Source: Basidiobolus meristosporus CBS 931.73 (lineage: Eukaryota > Fungi > Basidiobolomycota). Taken from it: a stretch of DNA of 64,000 nucleotides. Each line of letters begins with the position of its first letter. Position 1 is the stretch's first letter. Positions 25,508 to 37,800 of the stretch are shown here, piece after piece. A model generated the notes under the pieces. The model saw only the letters and a program-made list of their open reading frames with translations, did not search any database and had not been told where the DNA came from. The stretch is taken from the NCBI GenBank assembly GCA_002104905.1, contig MCFE01000382.1, positions 1 through 64,000 on the forward strand. The letters run 5' to 3'. The position numbers and the translations under genes are program-made.

Positions 25508-28500
25508 TTTGAGACCCTATAGAGCTTTTTTATGCTTGCAGACCAAATGGGGGTTATCTTGGTCAGCAAACCCATCAGGCTAGTCCATATACATGTCCTT
25601 ATCAAGTTCTTCATTCAAAAATGCAGTTTTTACATCCACTTGATGAGTAAAAAACTTATATCTAGCTACAATAGCCAATATTAATCTGATGTAATTAAAC
25701 TTGGTCACTAGCCCAATGTCATGATCACATGACAACCACAAACGCCCATGCCAAGTTTCAGCTTCCTAGCTCAATTTCTAAGAGATTCCTTCTGGAATCT
25801 TCTACTACCTTCCCAAAAGTTCCTGACCATTCCAAACCATTGTCACACAATGGAACATTCCATGGAAGCTTCCCATCATATTTTTTATAGTCCAGTACCA
25901 TATATGGAAATACCAGGTCACATGACTTAGTCACATGATCAGGTGACCCAATCCATTTCCCCATCCTGTCTCAGTGCCTTGCCTTCTATATTATTATCCC
26001 CAGCACTGCTGCTGTGCCTTACCCCACAACCCCATTAGTATTAGCTAATATCTCTTGGCATCAGTATAGCCAAAAAGTATATATAGTCCTATCCCCCCTT
26101 AAGTGTTCCTCAGTCTGATAAACACAGGTCTTGAATAAACAGCCTTGCCTTGAATCCTGTCTTGCCTTGATGGTCCACACCTAAGTCCTTTCCTGCTGTG
26201 CCTAGCTTTTCCTCCTGCCTTGTGTCTATTCATAACACGCAAAGCTCTCAATATAGTCAAGCCCTTTTGTTTGAACATATCCTTTGGCCACAAGTCTTGC
26301 TTTGTATCTTTCATTTGTACCATTAGCCTTGTATTTTGTCTTCAAGATCCGTCTGCATCCAGTTGGTTTTTGATTGACTGGTCATTTGACTAAGTCCCAA
26401 GTTTAATTCTCCATCAGGGCCTGATATTCATCAGTCATTGCTGATCACTAAGACTTTGTCTGAGGGCTATATACAACCTCTTTTACAGTCTGGGGCTCAT
26501 CAATGTGGACTGAAGAGGTGCAGGCTAAGTTTGTACCCTCATTGATATAGTAATTGGGGCTATTTCTTGTCTGGTTGGATCTCTGGGCATTTGATACTGG
26601 AGTAATCACTTCTAGGATAATCCCAGGCACTGCTTCAGGCTGACCCCCATTGTAGAGTCCTCTGGAGTGAAAAGATATTCATTGTTTTACTCTAATACCA
26701 TCCTCACAATTGGTGGACATGAGATTAGACTTTCATCATCATCTGATCTTGTTTTTGTGAGAATTTTGAATTTTCATCAAACAGCACATCCCTGCACTTG
26801 ATAAGCTTCTTTGCTTTGGTATTTCAGAGTCTGTATGCTTTACTCTCATTGCGGTGACCTACAAATATGCATTTACACTTTTTGGCTCAAACTTTGACTG
26901 ATTTCTAGGCAGTTTCTTGGCATGTGCTGTACAAAAGATTCTGCTCTAGATCCTCATAGGTGTACCTTGAGCATATATCAGCAGTTCCATTTAGGTATCT
27001 AAAAGTATGCTTAACTGCTGCAATATGATCAGATTTATGGCTTGGATTATGCTGGCTGGCAGCTCCCACTGAGTATGTGATATCTGGACATGTTCTAAGC
27101 ATGCTTTACATCAAATTGTAAGCCACAGATGGATACAGAGAGTCAGGGCTTTCAGATAGCACCAAGCTCTGTAGGTTTGGTTGGGTTTTGACCTAGTTAA
27201 TGTTTGCATCCATTAGGGGAGCTGTTGGTTTACAGTCTTTCATTTGATACATATTTAGTATATCTTGAATATACCTATATTAGCTTTGGGTGATAGTCTA
27301 GGTACTTCTGTCTATGAAGAGCTCTATCCCAAAGTAGTAACTGAGTTCTCCTTGTCTGAACATCCAGAATTCTCTAGATAGGCAGGCTTTAGTCTCTTGC
27401 AATGATTCAAGGTTATTTGTGGCTATAATAAGATCATCCACATATGGAGCTAATAGAGCTGGATTTGCTCTATCTGGCCTATAGTACATACTATAGTCAG
27501 CATTATTCCTTGTGAACCTCAGAAATTCGAGATCAGTGTCTATCATGCACTTCCAGGCTCTTAGTAACTGTTTGAGTCCATATAGGAAGGATTAAAGCTT
27601 GCAGACCAAGTGGGGGTTACCATGGTCAACAAACCTTTTTAGGCTGGTTTATATACATATCCTCATCAAGTTCTTGATTGAGAAATGCAATTTTTACATC
27701 CATTTGATGTATAAAAACTTATATTTGGCTGCAATAGCCAATTTTAATGTGATGGAATTAAACTGGGCTACCAGTGCAAAGGTCTTAGTATAGTCAGGTC
27801 ATTTAGTTTAAGAGTATCCTTTGGCCACAAGTCTTGCTTTGTATCTTTCAATTGTACCATGAGTCTTGTACTTTGCCTATATATAGTCTGTGAAGCTACA
27901 AAAGAAGCAATGTGATTAAGGAAGCTTCTTAAAGATTTAGGCTTATGTCAAAAAATGCTTATTACTTTATTTCAAGATAATCAAGGATGCATATAACTAG
28001 GTAGAAATCCATCTTTTGATGCTTGAACTAAGGACATAGAAATTAGACATCATTTCATACTTGAAGCAATAGAGAATAACTTAGTTGACTTAGTTTACTA
28101 TCCCACAGATGAAATGATAGCAGACATACATACCAAACCATTAGATGGAGATAAGTTTGAATATCTTAGGTCAAAATTGGGACTAGTCAGTATAAACATT
28201 TAGTTGAGTGGGAGTGTTGTAAAATCTGTAATTTGGCCTAAATATTCACCTAACTTAGTAACTTAGATCATTACCTCCAAATCCTAGAGAATACTGACCA
28301 AATTCCTTGTTGGGATATACTTGGAATATTTTCACCATAATAGCAGGTACCCAGAACATGAAAATTCTCAGAGTTGTTCAAGCAGCCCCAAACATGGGAC
28401 ACATGCTCTTGAGATCTTCCTTGGCCTATTCTACATGCTTTTTATGCCAAGACCATGTAAAAGTATAAGTACTACTTTTACTTTCAATAAATCATTTAGT

Positions 28501-29670
28501 GAAAACCACATAATCTACTTGTTCTCCAAATCACTTCCAATATCCCCAAGACTCTTACAACACTTACAACACCTTCTGCTATGGCCTTACTTACAGATTG
28601 AAGGTTTTTGGCTATTTCTGGTATATAGAGTACATCTTTGAAGGTAATTATGTGGTTTCCATAACTGTTGCTAAGGTTTACTTGGATAGTTCCTTCTTCA
28701 ACTGCATCTAGTGTACAGTTGTTACCCATGAAACCCTTCTTGATTGGAATTTCCTTATTGGGTAACAAGTTTTTTCTGGTATGTAAAGTGTTGAGATGCT
28801 CTTGAGTCAATGAACCACTTCTGAGAATCCATGTTTGTGGTCACCTATTGAGCAGAAATGAATAGTTTATCTTCAGTAGTTGCAGCATTTTCACATTGAG
28901 GCTTTTTCTGCTGATTATCTCTCTTTTCAAGGCACTGGTCTGATTTGTGTCCTTCCCTTTTGCAGTAGTTGCAAAACAGGTGGCTGTTGCCTTTGATGGT
29001 TCTTGACTACCTACTTTGCTGGCTATCATTACATATTAAAGCATTTAGTCTTCCCTCTAAATGATGACTAATTTTCTTAATTCTTCATCCAGGAGCCTTC
29101 CATATATGTAATATAAGGTCAAATCTTCAGTTCAGTACTCAATGGCTGATACAGCACCCTAAAGCCTGTCTATCAGGCAATTCAGGATGGTAACTATTAC
29201 ATCTTCATCAGCAGTCAGTATGCTCCCAGAGTAGACTTTAAATGGTCTTGGCATAGAAAACATGTAGAGTAGGTTTAGGAAGGTCCCAAGAGCATGTGTG
29301 CAAAGCTTGGGGCTGTTTGGACATCTTTGAGAGCTGTTATGTTCTAGGTATCCGGTATTTTGGTGAAAATATTTGAAGTAAATCCCAAAAAGTAATTTGT
29401 CTGTATTCCTTAAGATTTGTAGGTAATGATCTGAGTGACTAAGCTAGATGAATATTTAGGTGGAGTTACTTTAGGAAGGTCCCAAGAGCATGTGTGCAAA
29501 GCTTGGGGCTGTTTGGACATCTTTGAGAGCTGTTATGTTCTAGGTACCCGGTATTTTGGTGAAAATATTTGAAGTAAATCCCAAAAAGTAGTTTGTCTGT
29601 ATTCCTTAAGATTTGTAGGTAATGATCTAAGTGATTAAGCTAGATGAATATTTAGGAGGAGTTACGAATT
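25508..29670. mobile_element. Scrambled Copia fragments of the same family incl. LTR 28215-28562 and two tandem partial LTRs (29275-29470, 29471-29665)
   Basis: RT/INT/gag fragments homologous to element B in both orientations; PPT-LTR at 28205-28562; 196-bp tandem duplication. Confidence 0.85.
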
Positions 29671-30364
29671 TTCACAGCATATATATGGTTATTGAACTCT
29701 CCTGGCAAGCTTGTGAATCTCCCTCACTCCTTGCAATTAAGCTCCTAGAGCAGCAGCCTGGTTTAAACAAGCAATAAACCGTTTACAAAAAAGATACAGG
29801 GCTGATGTTTGATCATAACACATCGATCGGATCGGATCCAGGCGCAGCCTCGTCCATTGGTTGGGGGAAAATGCAATGAATCTGTATTAGGCCAATGTTG
29901 GCGCATTCCACAATATTGATTTGAATTTGTTTGGATTTAGCGCTATAAAACCACCTGGCCAATAGTGTTGCCATGGTTATTTCCTTACAGTGTCAGGAAC
30001 ATCGAACAGCAAAACCTGTTTGCAACTAATGGTCCACAAACAAACGGATTGTCGTGGCCAGATGGTAATACTACCATTCCTATAAAGCATATACGCATGA
30101 GTAATCATTGGCGCTTGAGACCAGGGGCCTAAGAAGTTCATCAGCCAAGCTACACATCACTTCCTAATATGGACATCCGGGCGCACCTGATCACCTGGTA
30201 TGGACTTCATTATCCCATAATTTTAAATGGTCAAAATGACCGAACATGCCACTCCGGTCGCTTCCAAATCGGAAATCCATTAACCACTGCAAGTGCAGTA
30301 CTTGAAGCTTTGCTGAGGCCCACATCCACCCTCAACAACCACAGCTATCTTGAACTCAATAGTG

Positions 30365-31382
30365 ATGGCATATGAATTCCATAACCTACTGGTTTCTAGC
30401 CTGGCCGCCTTGTTAACAAGGCTCATAACCCATCCGTGTAAGAGATTTCCTACTGACAATAAACACTGTTTGTTATCACGAACTCAACCCCTTTGAATCG
30501 ACAGTGGATACTCTAAAAACACGCTTGCAAGTTTCCGGAAAAAACCAAGGAATATTTTATACTCTGAGAAAGATCCTAGCGACTGAATCCGTGTGGGCCT
30601 TGTACAAAGGGCTAGGGATTGCCTTGGCATTTAATGCGCCCGCGCTGACCATGTTTCTTAGCGTGTATGATTGGACTAAGCACTTTCTCGAGATTCACTT
30701 CAACCTTTCTTCTTTGTCACTATTCAATCATCTGATATCTGGGTGTATGGCCGAGATAGTGTCAGGTATGTTCTGGACCCCGATGGAAATCATCAAGAGC
30801 AAGCTCCAGGTATCGGGTATGCACCCTGCGATACCCGATGTTATCCAAGAGGAGGACACGGTGGGGTTGACCACGCTGGAGCCAGAGTCTTACTCCAGTC
30901 ATGGGTATTCGGATATAAACACCCTGTCGGTGATTCGTAACATTTTTGAAGTCGAGGGACCGTTGGGCTTCTTTAAGGGCTACTGGCTAAGCCTGCTGGT
31001 GTTTATCCCAAACTCGATGATCTATTTTGCGTTTTACGAATACTTCAAGGGGCTAATTCTGGGCCATGTCTCGACCGCTGCCAGTCCCAATTCCGCCCCC
31101 AGCACTCTTCTCACAGGGCTCATCTACGCTACGTCGGCCATTCTTTCTTGTACCTTAGCAGCTGGCACAAGCAATCTACCCGATGTTATTAAGACCCGCT
31201 GGCAGGTTCTTAGCCAACACGAGCGCGACAGGTTTGGCGGCCCTACGAAGATGGCCATCCATATGTGGGAAACGGAGGGGGGCCTGCTTGCGTTCACCCA
31301 AGGGATGGGTGCACGGATTGCCTTCATGGCGCCAAGCACAGTCATATCCATGACGATATACGATCTGCTGAAATGGCCCTGA
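30365..31382 (+). CDS. Mitochondrial carrier family (SLC25) protein; exons 30365-30437 and 30505-31382
   Basis: Removing a 67-nt GTAAG..ACAG intron (30438-30504) gives HPLDTLKTRLQ; further signatures TPMEIIKSKLQ and LPDVIKTRWQ. Confidence 0.93.
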
Positions 31383-31514
31383 GCATAGCATGCTACAGGT
31401 GTGTTTATTGACTTGTAGAATATCCTCAACGATGCCCACGAACCGCTTCAATAAATTATTCTCCTTATCTACACTTCGTACTAACTGCCGCCAGAAATCC
31501 CACCTGGATGCGCC

Positions 31515-32474
31515 CTAAGCTGCATATTGCAAGTCGCTCACCAGCTGCGCCAGCCACAAAATCAATCTCCCGGGCCAACGCAACAGACACTTGAGAATGG
31601 TCGACTTGACAACCAAGTCTGGTGCCCGACGAGTGGATCCGATCTGGATCGATCCTGCCATCCTTCCCGGAAGGCCTCTTTCTTTCGGAAGCATGCTGAG
31701 TAGCCGGTCTAACTGGATATCTCCCAGGTTGGGGTTCGCTTGCCACACGCGGATTACGCCGTTACCCTCGCCACGTTCTGTGTTTTCCAGATCAGCAGTC
31801 TGGGTGAAGCCAAGCACACTCAACAAAAGTCGAGTCGAGTCACGCATGAACTCCGGGCCAGCTTGGGTCAGAGAATCATCGAGAAAAGCCCATGTTATCA
31901 GGAAGGCTTTGCCAAACTGGGTCTCCAAAGTTCGCTTCAGCCCCTTGATGAATGGTGCAGCCCCTAGGACTGGGGTCCATGTGCGCAGAAAGCGGCGCAA
32001 CTCCCTCGCTCGCTCGAACATAGAGAGCGCTATTGGCTCTGTTCGGAGTAAGAGTTCGTTGAACTCTTGCTGCGTCTTCAGCTGGTTATTTGCATGCCAA
32101 GTGGAACGTATCTGGTTCTTCTCCTTGATATACAGCTCCCAATCTTCTGGGTAGAGCATTTTCCCCGATTGCAGGCCAATCTCCAGCAAGCGCTCCTCAA
32201 GAACGCTCCTGGGGGTTTTCAATCTCTCTGTCGCTAGCCAATTGAGTACGACCTGGCCGTTGGTTTTGTTGGCGAATTCAACCAAGCCCATCAGCTCGCC
32301 GGCGACCGGGTCCTCGTTCACGTAGAAGTCCACACAGATCCTCCTGAAGTTTTCGAGGTAGGACCTTCTGAGGGCAGGGTTCTCCGCAGGCGAAGAAACA
32401 TTGCTCGGGGGTTCTGGCAAAAGAGATTCGGAAGAGGTCTCCATCACGGAATTCAACCTGTCCATTGCACGCAC
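31515..32474 (-). CDS. Hypothetical protein, ~319 aa
   Basis: Long intact GC-rich ORF convergent with the carrier gene; no domain recognised; exact start uncertain. Confidence 0.75.
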   Translation of the reverse strand: MRAMDRLNSVMETSSESLLPEPPSNVSSPAENPALRRSYLENFRRICVDFYVNEDPVAGELMGLVEFANKTNGQVVLNWLATERLKTPRSVLEERLLEIGLQSGKMLYPEDWELYIKEKNQIRSTWHANNQLKTQQEFNELLLRTEPIALSMFERARELRRFLRTWTPVLGAAPFIKGLKRTLETQFGKAFLITWAFLDDSLTQAGPEFMRDSTRLLLSVLGFTQTADLENTERGEGNGVIRVWQANPNLGDIQLDRLLSMLPKERGLPGRMAGSIQIGSTRRAPDLVVKSTILKCLLRWPGRLILWLAQLVSDLQYAA

Positions 32475-33048
32475 TACTTCGTCGTACGTCTAGATTACCA
32501 GCACTGAGTCGGCAGCATTGCCAATTAAACGAGGACTCTACCAATGATTGGTCTCGATTTGGTGATCCTTAAAACAACTAATACTCGTCACAATTGGAAT
32601 AATCATGAAGGTTTATTATTTCGTGGTGCATGCACCCGTCGCACACAGAATCAAACTCCTCTATGGTCAAAGGCCAGGGAAGTGCCAGAAAAATGGCACA
32701 TCGTAGCCAGTCATTGGAAGCAATGAGTTAAGCCAGCCTGCACGCCGGGAACCACGGCTGAGCTTGGCAACGAAATGAACACTTGGCTGTTCTGAAGTGC
32801 ATCCGGCGCGAAACATTGCTTCAAATTTCAAGCCAGTGCAGCAATGGCAGTTCGGAGTGCAACAGGCTAAGGATAGGCGTGCGTAGTGCTGGCTAGGTCC
32901 CCGATGTTTCACAAGATGGGTCAAACATGGTTTGAAATGACCGAGCGGGTTGCCCCGAAACGTATAAAGACTTCGCCTGCTTGCGGGGCGTCGGTTGGCT
33001 TCCGCGCTCGTCTTTTCCTCCCGAATTGTCACTGCCTTGGATTCGAAG

Positions 33049-33633
33049 ATGCTACTAGGCGCACATGTGAAAAGGTACGGACTTTTGTTACTGGTGGTGT
33101 TGGTTGTTTGTATGATCAGTGGGCGCAGCGCGAAAGCAGAGCCCTCAAATGTCCGGCCGGTGTTCGATCTCACTGAATTGGAAGATTTGGATGTTAATGG
33201 GCTTAGGCTCTTCGGGGCCACGCTTCCTTCATTGAACTTGGGCTCGAGGATAAGTCAGCTCGGAAGCGGCATCCGGAGTGCAACCAAAAGTATCGGTGGC
33301 AGTATCAGCAACATAGCCAAGGGAATCACAAGCAGGTTGCCGAAGATCAGCTTCACCTCTCTGAGATCGAGTCTGAGGTTTCCGAACATAAGTGCGCTGA
33401 CTTCAAAGATCCATCTTCCTTCATATTTCTCCCCGAGACAGCTGTTTCGGAGAATCCCGTTCATAGGCAAGGGTTGGTTCGTGGATACCACGGCGAACGT
33501 AAACGTGAAGCCGAACGAAGATGCGATTGCCTATGGACTGGACGAGAGTAAAATCGACTTCAATTCCCTTGTTGTTATCCACGAGAAGGTTAAGCTGGCT
33601 GGGGAGAAAGCTAGAAGGTTGAAGGGGTACTGA
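33049..33633 (+). CDS. Putative secreted protein (~194 aa) with signal peptide, acidic spacer and cationic Ser/Gly/Ile-rich region
   Basis: ATG at 33049, MLLGAHVKRYGLLLLVVLVVCMISGRSAKA-EP signal-like segment; intact ORF; the track start at 32995 is a non-ATG codon. Confidence 0.7.
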   Translation: MLLGAHVKRYGLLLLVVLVVCMISGRSAKAEPSNVRPVFDLTELEDLDVNGLRLFGATLPSLNLGSRISQLGSGIRSATKSIGGSISNIAKGITSRLPKISFTSLRSSLRFPNISALTSKIHLPSYFSPRQLFRRIPFIGKGWFVDTTANVNVKPNEDAIAYGLDESKIDFNSLVVIHEKVKLAGEKARRLKGY

Positions 33634-34828
33634 GGAGGGACTGGGTCCGTTTTGCGATTTTCCCCGGACACTTATTTTTGTTACACCAGTTAGAAATAAA
33701 CCATCCTTGAAGCTATCCATCGGATTATTAAAGCTACCTAGCCATCTGCTCGCACACATGCGGATGGATTTCTGGATGATCTATGGACATACCACTGGCG
33801 GACTCTGGTTTAGTGGCAGTGACCATGCGCGGCCGATCCGCACAAGAGTCAGTGCTTGCAAATAGCGGTCTCGTGCTAAGCATCCGTGCTCCGCAAAACC
33901 ATACTGCAAAGCGAGGAAAGGCTGCTAGGACGGGGGACAAACAAAGTCCACCACCCAGCGTTACACAAGGATATATTTGGCCGGTTTGTGGTTTCCAGAG
34001 CTCACTCCAAATCGAATCCTGATGCTCATGAGGTGTATGTGCTACCACCACCGAAGGTAAAATTTTTCGTCTCAACAGGAAAGTCACTTTGAGGCGAAGT
34101 CCTCGGCCAATCACGGAGGAGCTAAGGCTCTCCACGAACCAAATCTGACGAGGGTGATCGTAGCCTGGGGTGTCAGTTCGATCTAATTCGTAGATTTGAA
34201 TGGAAGCTTATTTTAGATTCCCAACGACCATCCTATTGCCCAATATATCAGTTGAGTGGACAAAAGGATAAACTCCCCCAAGGCCGCGATCCGTTCCTCG
34301 AGATGCCCCGAAGGCCACACCACCCACACCTCGCTGCCGGGCAACCCTGCCATCCATCTGCATCCATCGCTCGCTCGCGAGGTGGAATGGTGCCCGGCCA
34401 TGCCGCAGTGCTTGATCAAATGATACAGACCCCTCACCATGTAAGTCGACAAGCTGGTCCTCGGACTGCTAAAATCACTGCGCTACCATGATCCTCCGTC
34501 GGATCGGCTTTTTTTTCATTCAGAAATTTTTTTCTTAAATCAAGGATTTACTCTCTGACCTCTCTACATTCAACATTCAACCAACCTCTACTCCGGGTAT
34601 TCGTATTTGGAGATAACGATCCTCCGTCCCGCTTTTAGACCTCTTGTTTGTAGGTGTTTGTTTTGTTCCCCACCGCCCTGACGACCCCCGTCCCCGCACT
34701 CTTCCCCACTCTATTGCTTCTAGTTCGAACCAGCTATTGCTGGTCCAGCATCTTTCGTCTCGTCCTCAATCACCGATAATCTCACTTCGCCTCACATACA
34801 GCCCTATATATACATCTACCCTCATCAA

Positions 34829-37800
34829 ATGCTCTCCTTTGCACAAAAAACTCTATCTTCACCTCACTACCGATTAGTTCGAGGAGTGTCTACCAACAGA
34901 CCCTCCTACGGTTCTTGCTCGCTCTCCCGCAGGTCATCTCCATTTTCACGCATCAGACCTTGGTCACAGAGTCGTCTCCTTAATAACTCAGCCACCAAAC
35001 AGAACGTAGCTTCGGTGGACATTGTTCGTAATACCCTCGGAAACACCGAGAGCCTGCAGGAGATGTTCACCCCCCTAGGGGAGACCGTGTCTACCCAAGG
35101 AAGCCGAAACCTACTCATCCTACCTCGTCCGCGTCCACAGGATTTCAACGACAACACATTCAACGTCAGCGAGCGTCTGGTGGTGATGCACGCTTGCCTC
35201 AAGACTGGCGACGTTGACCGTGCTCGTCGTTTGCTCACAAGTCTATACAAGACCAACCCTCAGAAAATGAAAGAACTCGCCGACATTCACGTCCACAACT
35301 CGCTACTCAAAGGGTACGTGGAGCAGAACCCCCGGCCACACGTGATCGCCGCCATGAGCTGGTTCGACGCCATCAAACGGTACGAGCTGTCACCAGATTC
35401 CACCACATATGCCATCTTGATCAAAGGGTTCCTTCGCATCAACAGCGTCAACGCCGCCAAAGTGATAGCCCAAGAGATGATGAAGAATGGTTACACGATG
35501 GAGCAACTGTATGGCAACCCTCATCTGGACGACGCCGACCTGAAAAAGCTCGTAGGCATCGCCGAGGAGCTGGCCCCTGTCAAGGTCAAAAAGGAGGAGC
35601 CCAAGGCGGCCGTGGTTCCCGAAACTCAACAAGAGCCATTCCCAGACATCAAATCGAGCAATCCTCTCGGGGTCCGTATGCTAAGAAAGTCGCTGGAAAC
35701 GGCGAGTGCGAGCTACATGGACCTTTACGAGCGACAACTGAAACTGGAGCAACAGGCCGTGGAGGCCGAAGTGGCCCGATTGGCCGAGATCGACCAAGGC
35801 AGAGGGGAGAATTCGGCATTGCTCCGGTCCTCTCAACTTAAGAGAATGGTGCGCGAGTGGCATACCAAGCTTGTCGAGCGTATCCAAGAGGAGTGTCTCC
35901 GAGCCTCTGACGATAGCAAAGATATTACCTCGAGCTATGGAGCGTTGCTTAGAGCTGTTTCTCCCGAGAAGCTGGCCATCATCACAATCAACGAGCTGTT
36001 ACGCTCGAACAGCTCCGGAGACATTGCCGACGGGATCAGAAGTACCCATCTGTTACTCTCTGTCGGTAAGGCAGTTGAGTTGGAATATCACTCGGATGCC
36101 CTGAAGAAGAAGGCCAACAGCCATCTGCTGGATCGTCGCATGCAAGTCCAATCCCTCTACTCCTCTGGTAAGCTGTTTAACATGACGGTGCGTCGTGCGG
36201 AGGCCAAGAAGGAGAGGGAGGAGATCGAGTCTGAGTGGGTGCCCAGATGGACAAAGGAGATGCAGATGAGTCTTGGCTCGGTGCTCGTCTCTTCGTTGAT
36301 CGAGTCGGCCAAGGTGAAAATAAAGCACGTCGAGGATGCCACCGGCCATGTAGAATATTCCAACGAAGACGCATTCTACGTCACTCACCAGTTCCAACGT
36401 GGAAAGCAGATCGGGATCGTGAAGTTCCATCCAAAGCTCATCAACATCTTCAAGGAGGGCCCCTTGAACGAAGGGATCCATCCACGTCTATTACCCATGT
36501 TGGTGCCACCCAAGCCTTGGCTCACATTCAACAGCGGCGGCTATTTAACTAGCCGTTCGTTGTGTATGCGAATCAAGGGAAGTCCAGAGCAGCTGGCCTA
36601 CTTGAAAGAAGCCTCCAACAAGGATTGTCTAGCCGTCGCCCTGGCCGGATTGGATGTGCTGGGTTCGACGAAATGGATGGTGAACCGGAATGTGTTTGAC
36701 GTGGTGTTGCAAGTATGGAACTCGGAGCAAGGCCTCGCCGACATTCCCCCAGCCAATGTAAGCCGCGAGCTTCCACCAAAGCCGGCCGATTACGACGAGA
36801 ATCCTCAGGCGCGTTGGCAATGGCAGAGGGAATCTCGGGAGATCCTGAATGAGAAGCGAAACAACCATTCGCTACGTTGCGACGCCAACTATAAGGTGGA
36901 GATCGCCAAAGCCTTCCTCGACCAGCCCATCTATTTCCCGCACAATTTCGATTTCCGTGGTCGTGCCTATCCCATTCCCCCTCACTTCAATCACTTGGGC
37001 AGTGATCTGTGCAGAGGTCTGCTTCTGTTCGGTGACGCCAAGCCGCTTGGAGAGCGGGGACTGAGGTGGCTGAAGATCCACCTGGCTTCCTTGGCTGGTT
37101 ACGACAAGCAATCATTCGACGCCCGTGTGGAATACATTGAGCAGAACATAAGCAAGGTGTTCGATTCCGCCGATCGTCCACTTGATGGCGATCGCTGGTG
37201 GCTACAAGCTGAGGACCCTTGGCAGTGTTTGGCTGCCTGTTTCGAGCTGACGAACGCTTTGCGGAGTCCAGTCCCAGAGGAGTTTGCTTCCAGCCTTCCC
37301 ATCCATCAGGACGGAACCTGCAATGGTTTACAGCATTATGCCGCGCTAGGTGGTGATACGGAAGGTGCGCGTCAAGTCAACCTAATCCCAAGTGGCGCCC
37401 CTGCCGATATCTACACCGGTGTTGCTAACAAGGTGATAGAGCTGATCGAGAAGGAGGCGGCCCTGGGAGTCGACAAAGCACAGATCCTGAAGGGAAAGAT
37501 CACGAGAAAGGTGGTGAAACAAACGGTCATGACCAACGTGTACGGGGTCACCGTGATCGGTGCGCGCGCTCAGATCTCCAACCGACTTCGCGAAATCGAG
37601 GACCTGAAGGATGCCGACGTATTCGGGCTATCGACCTACCTGACCCGGTTGGTGTTCAATTCCCTGGGGGAGATGTTCACGGGAGCGCGCAACCTGCAGG
37701 ACTGGCTCAATGAGAGTGCTAGGAGAATCGCGCGCAGTATACCTGCTGCGCTGTTGGAGGATGCAATCAACAAGCGCAAGAACTCCGGCTCCGGCGAAGG

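Noticed and set aside
29275-29665. 196-bp direct repeat as a possible CRISPR-like array
   Set aside because: Two partial Copia LTR copies with no spacers, in a eukaryotic context.
33734-34500. Several short overlapping ORFs in CpG-rich DNA upstream of RPO41
   Set aside because: No recognisable domain or convincing spliced model; probably promoter or UTR, though a small gene cannot be excluded.
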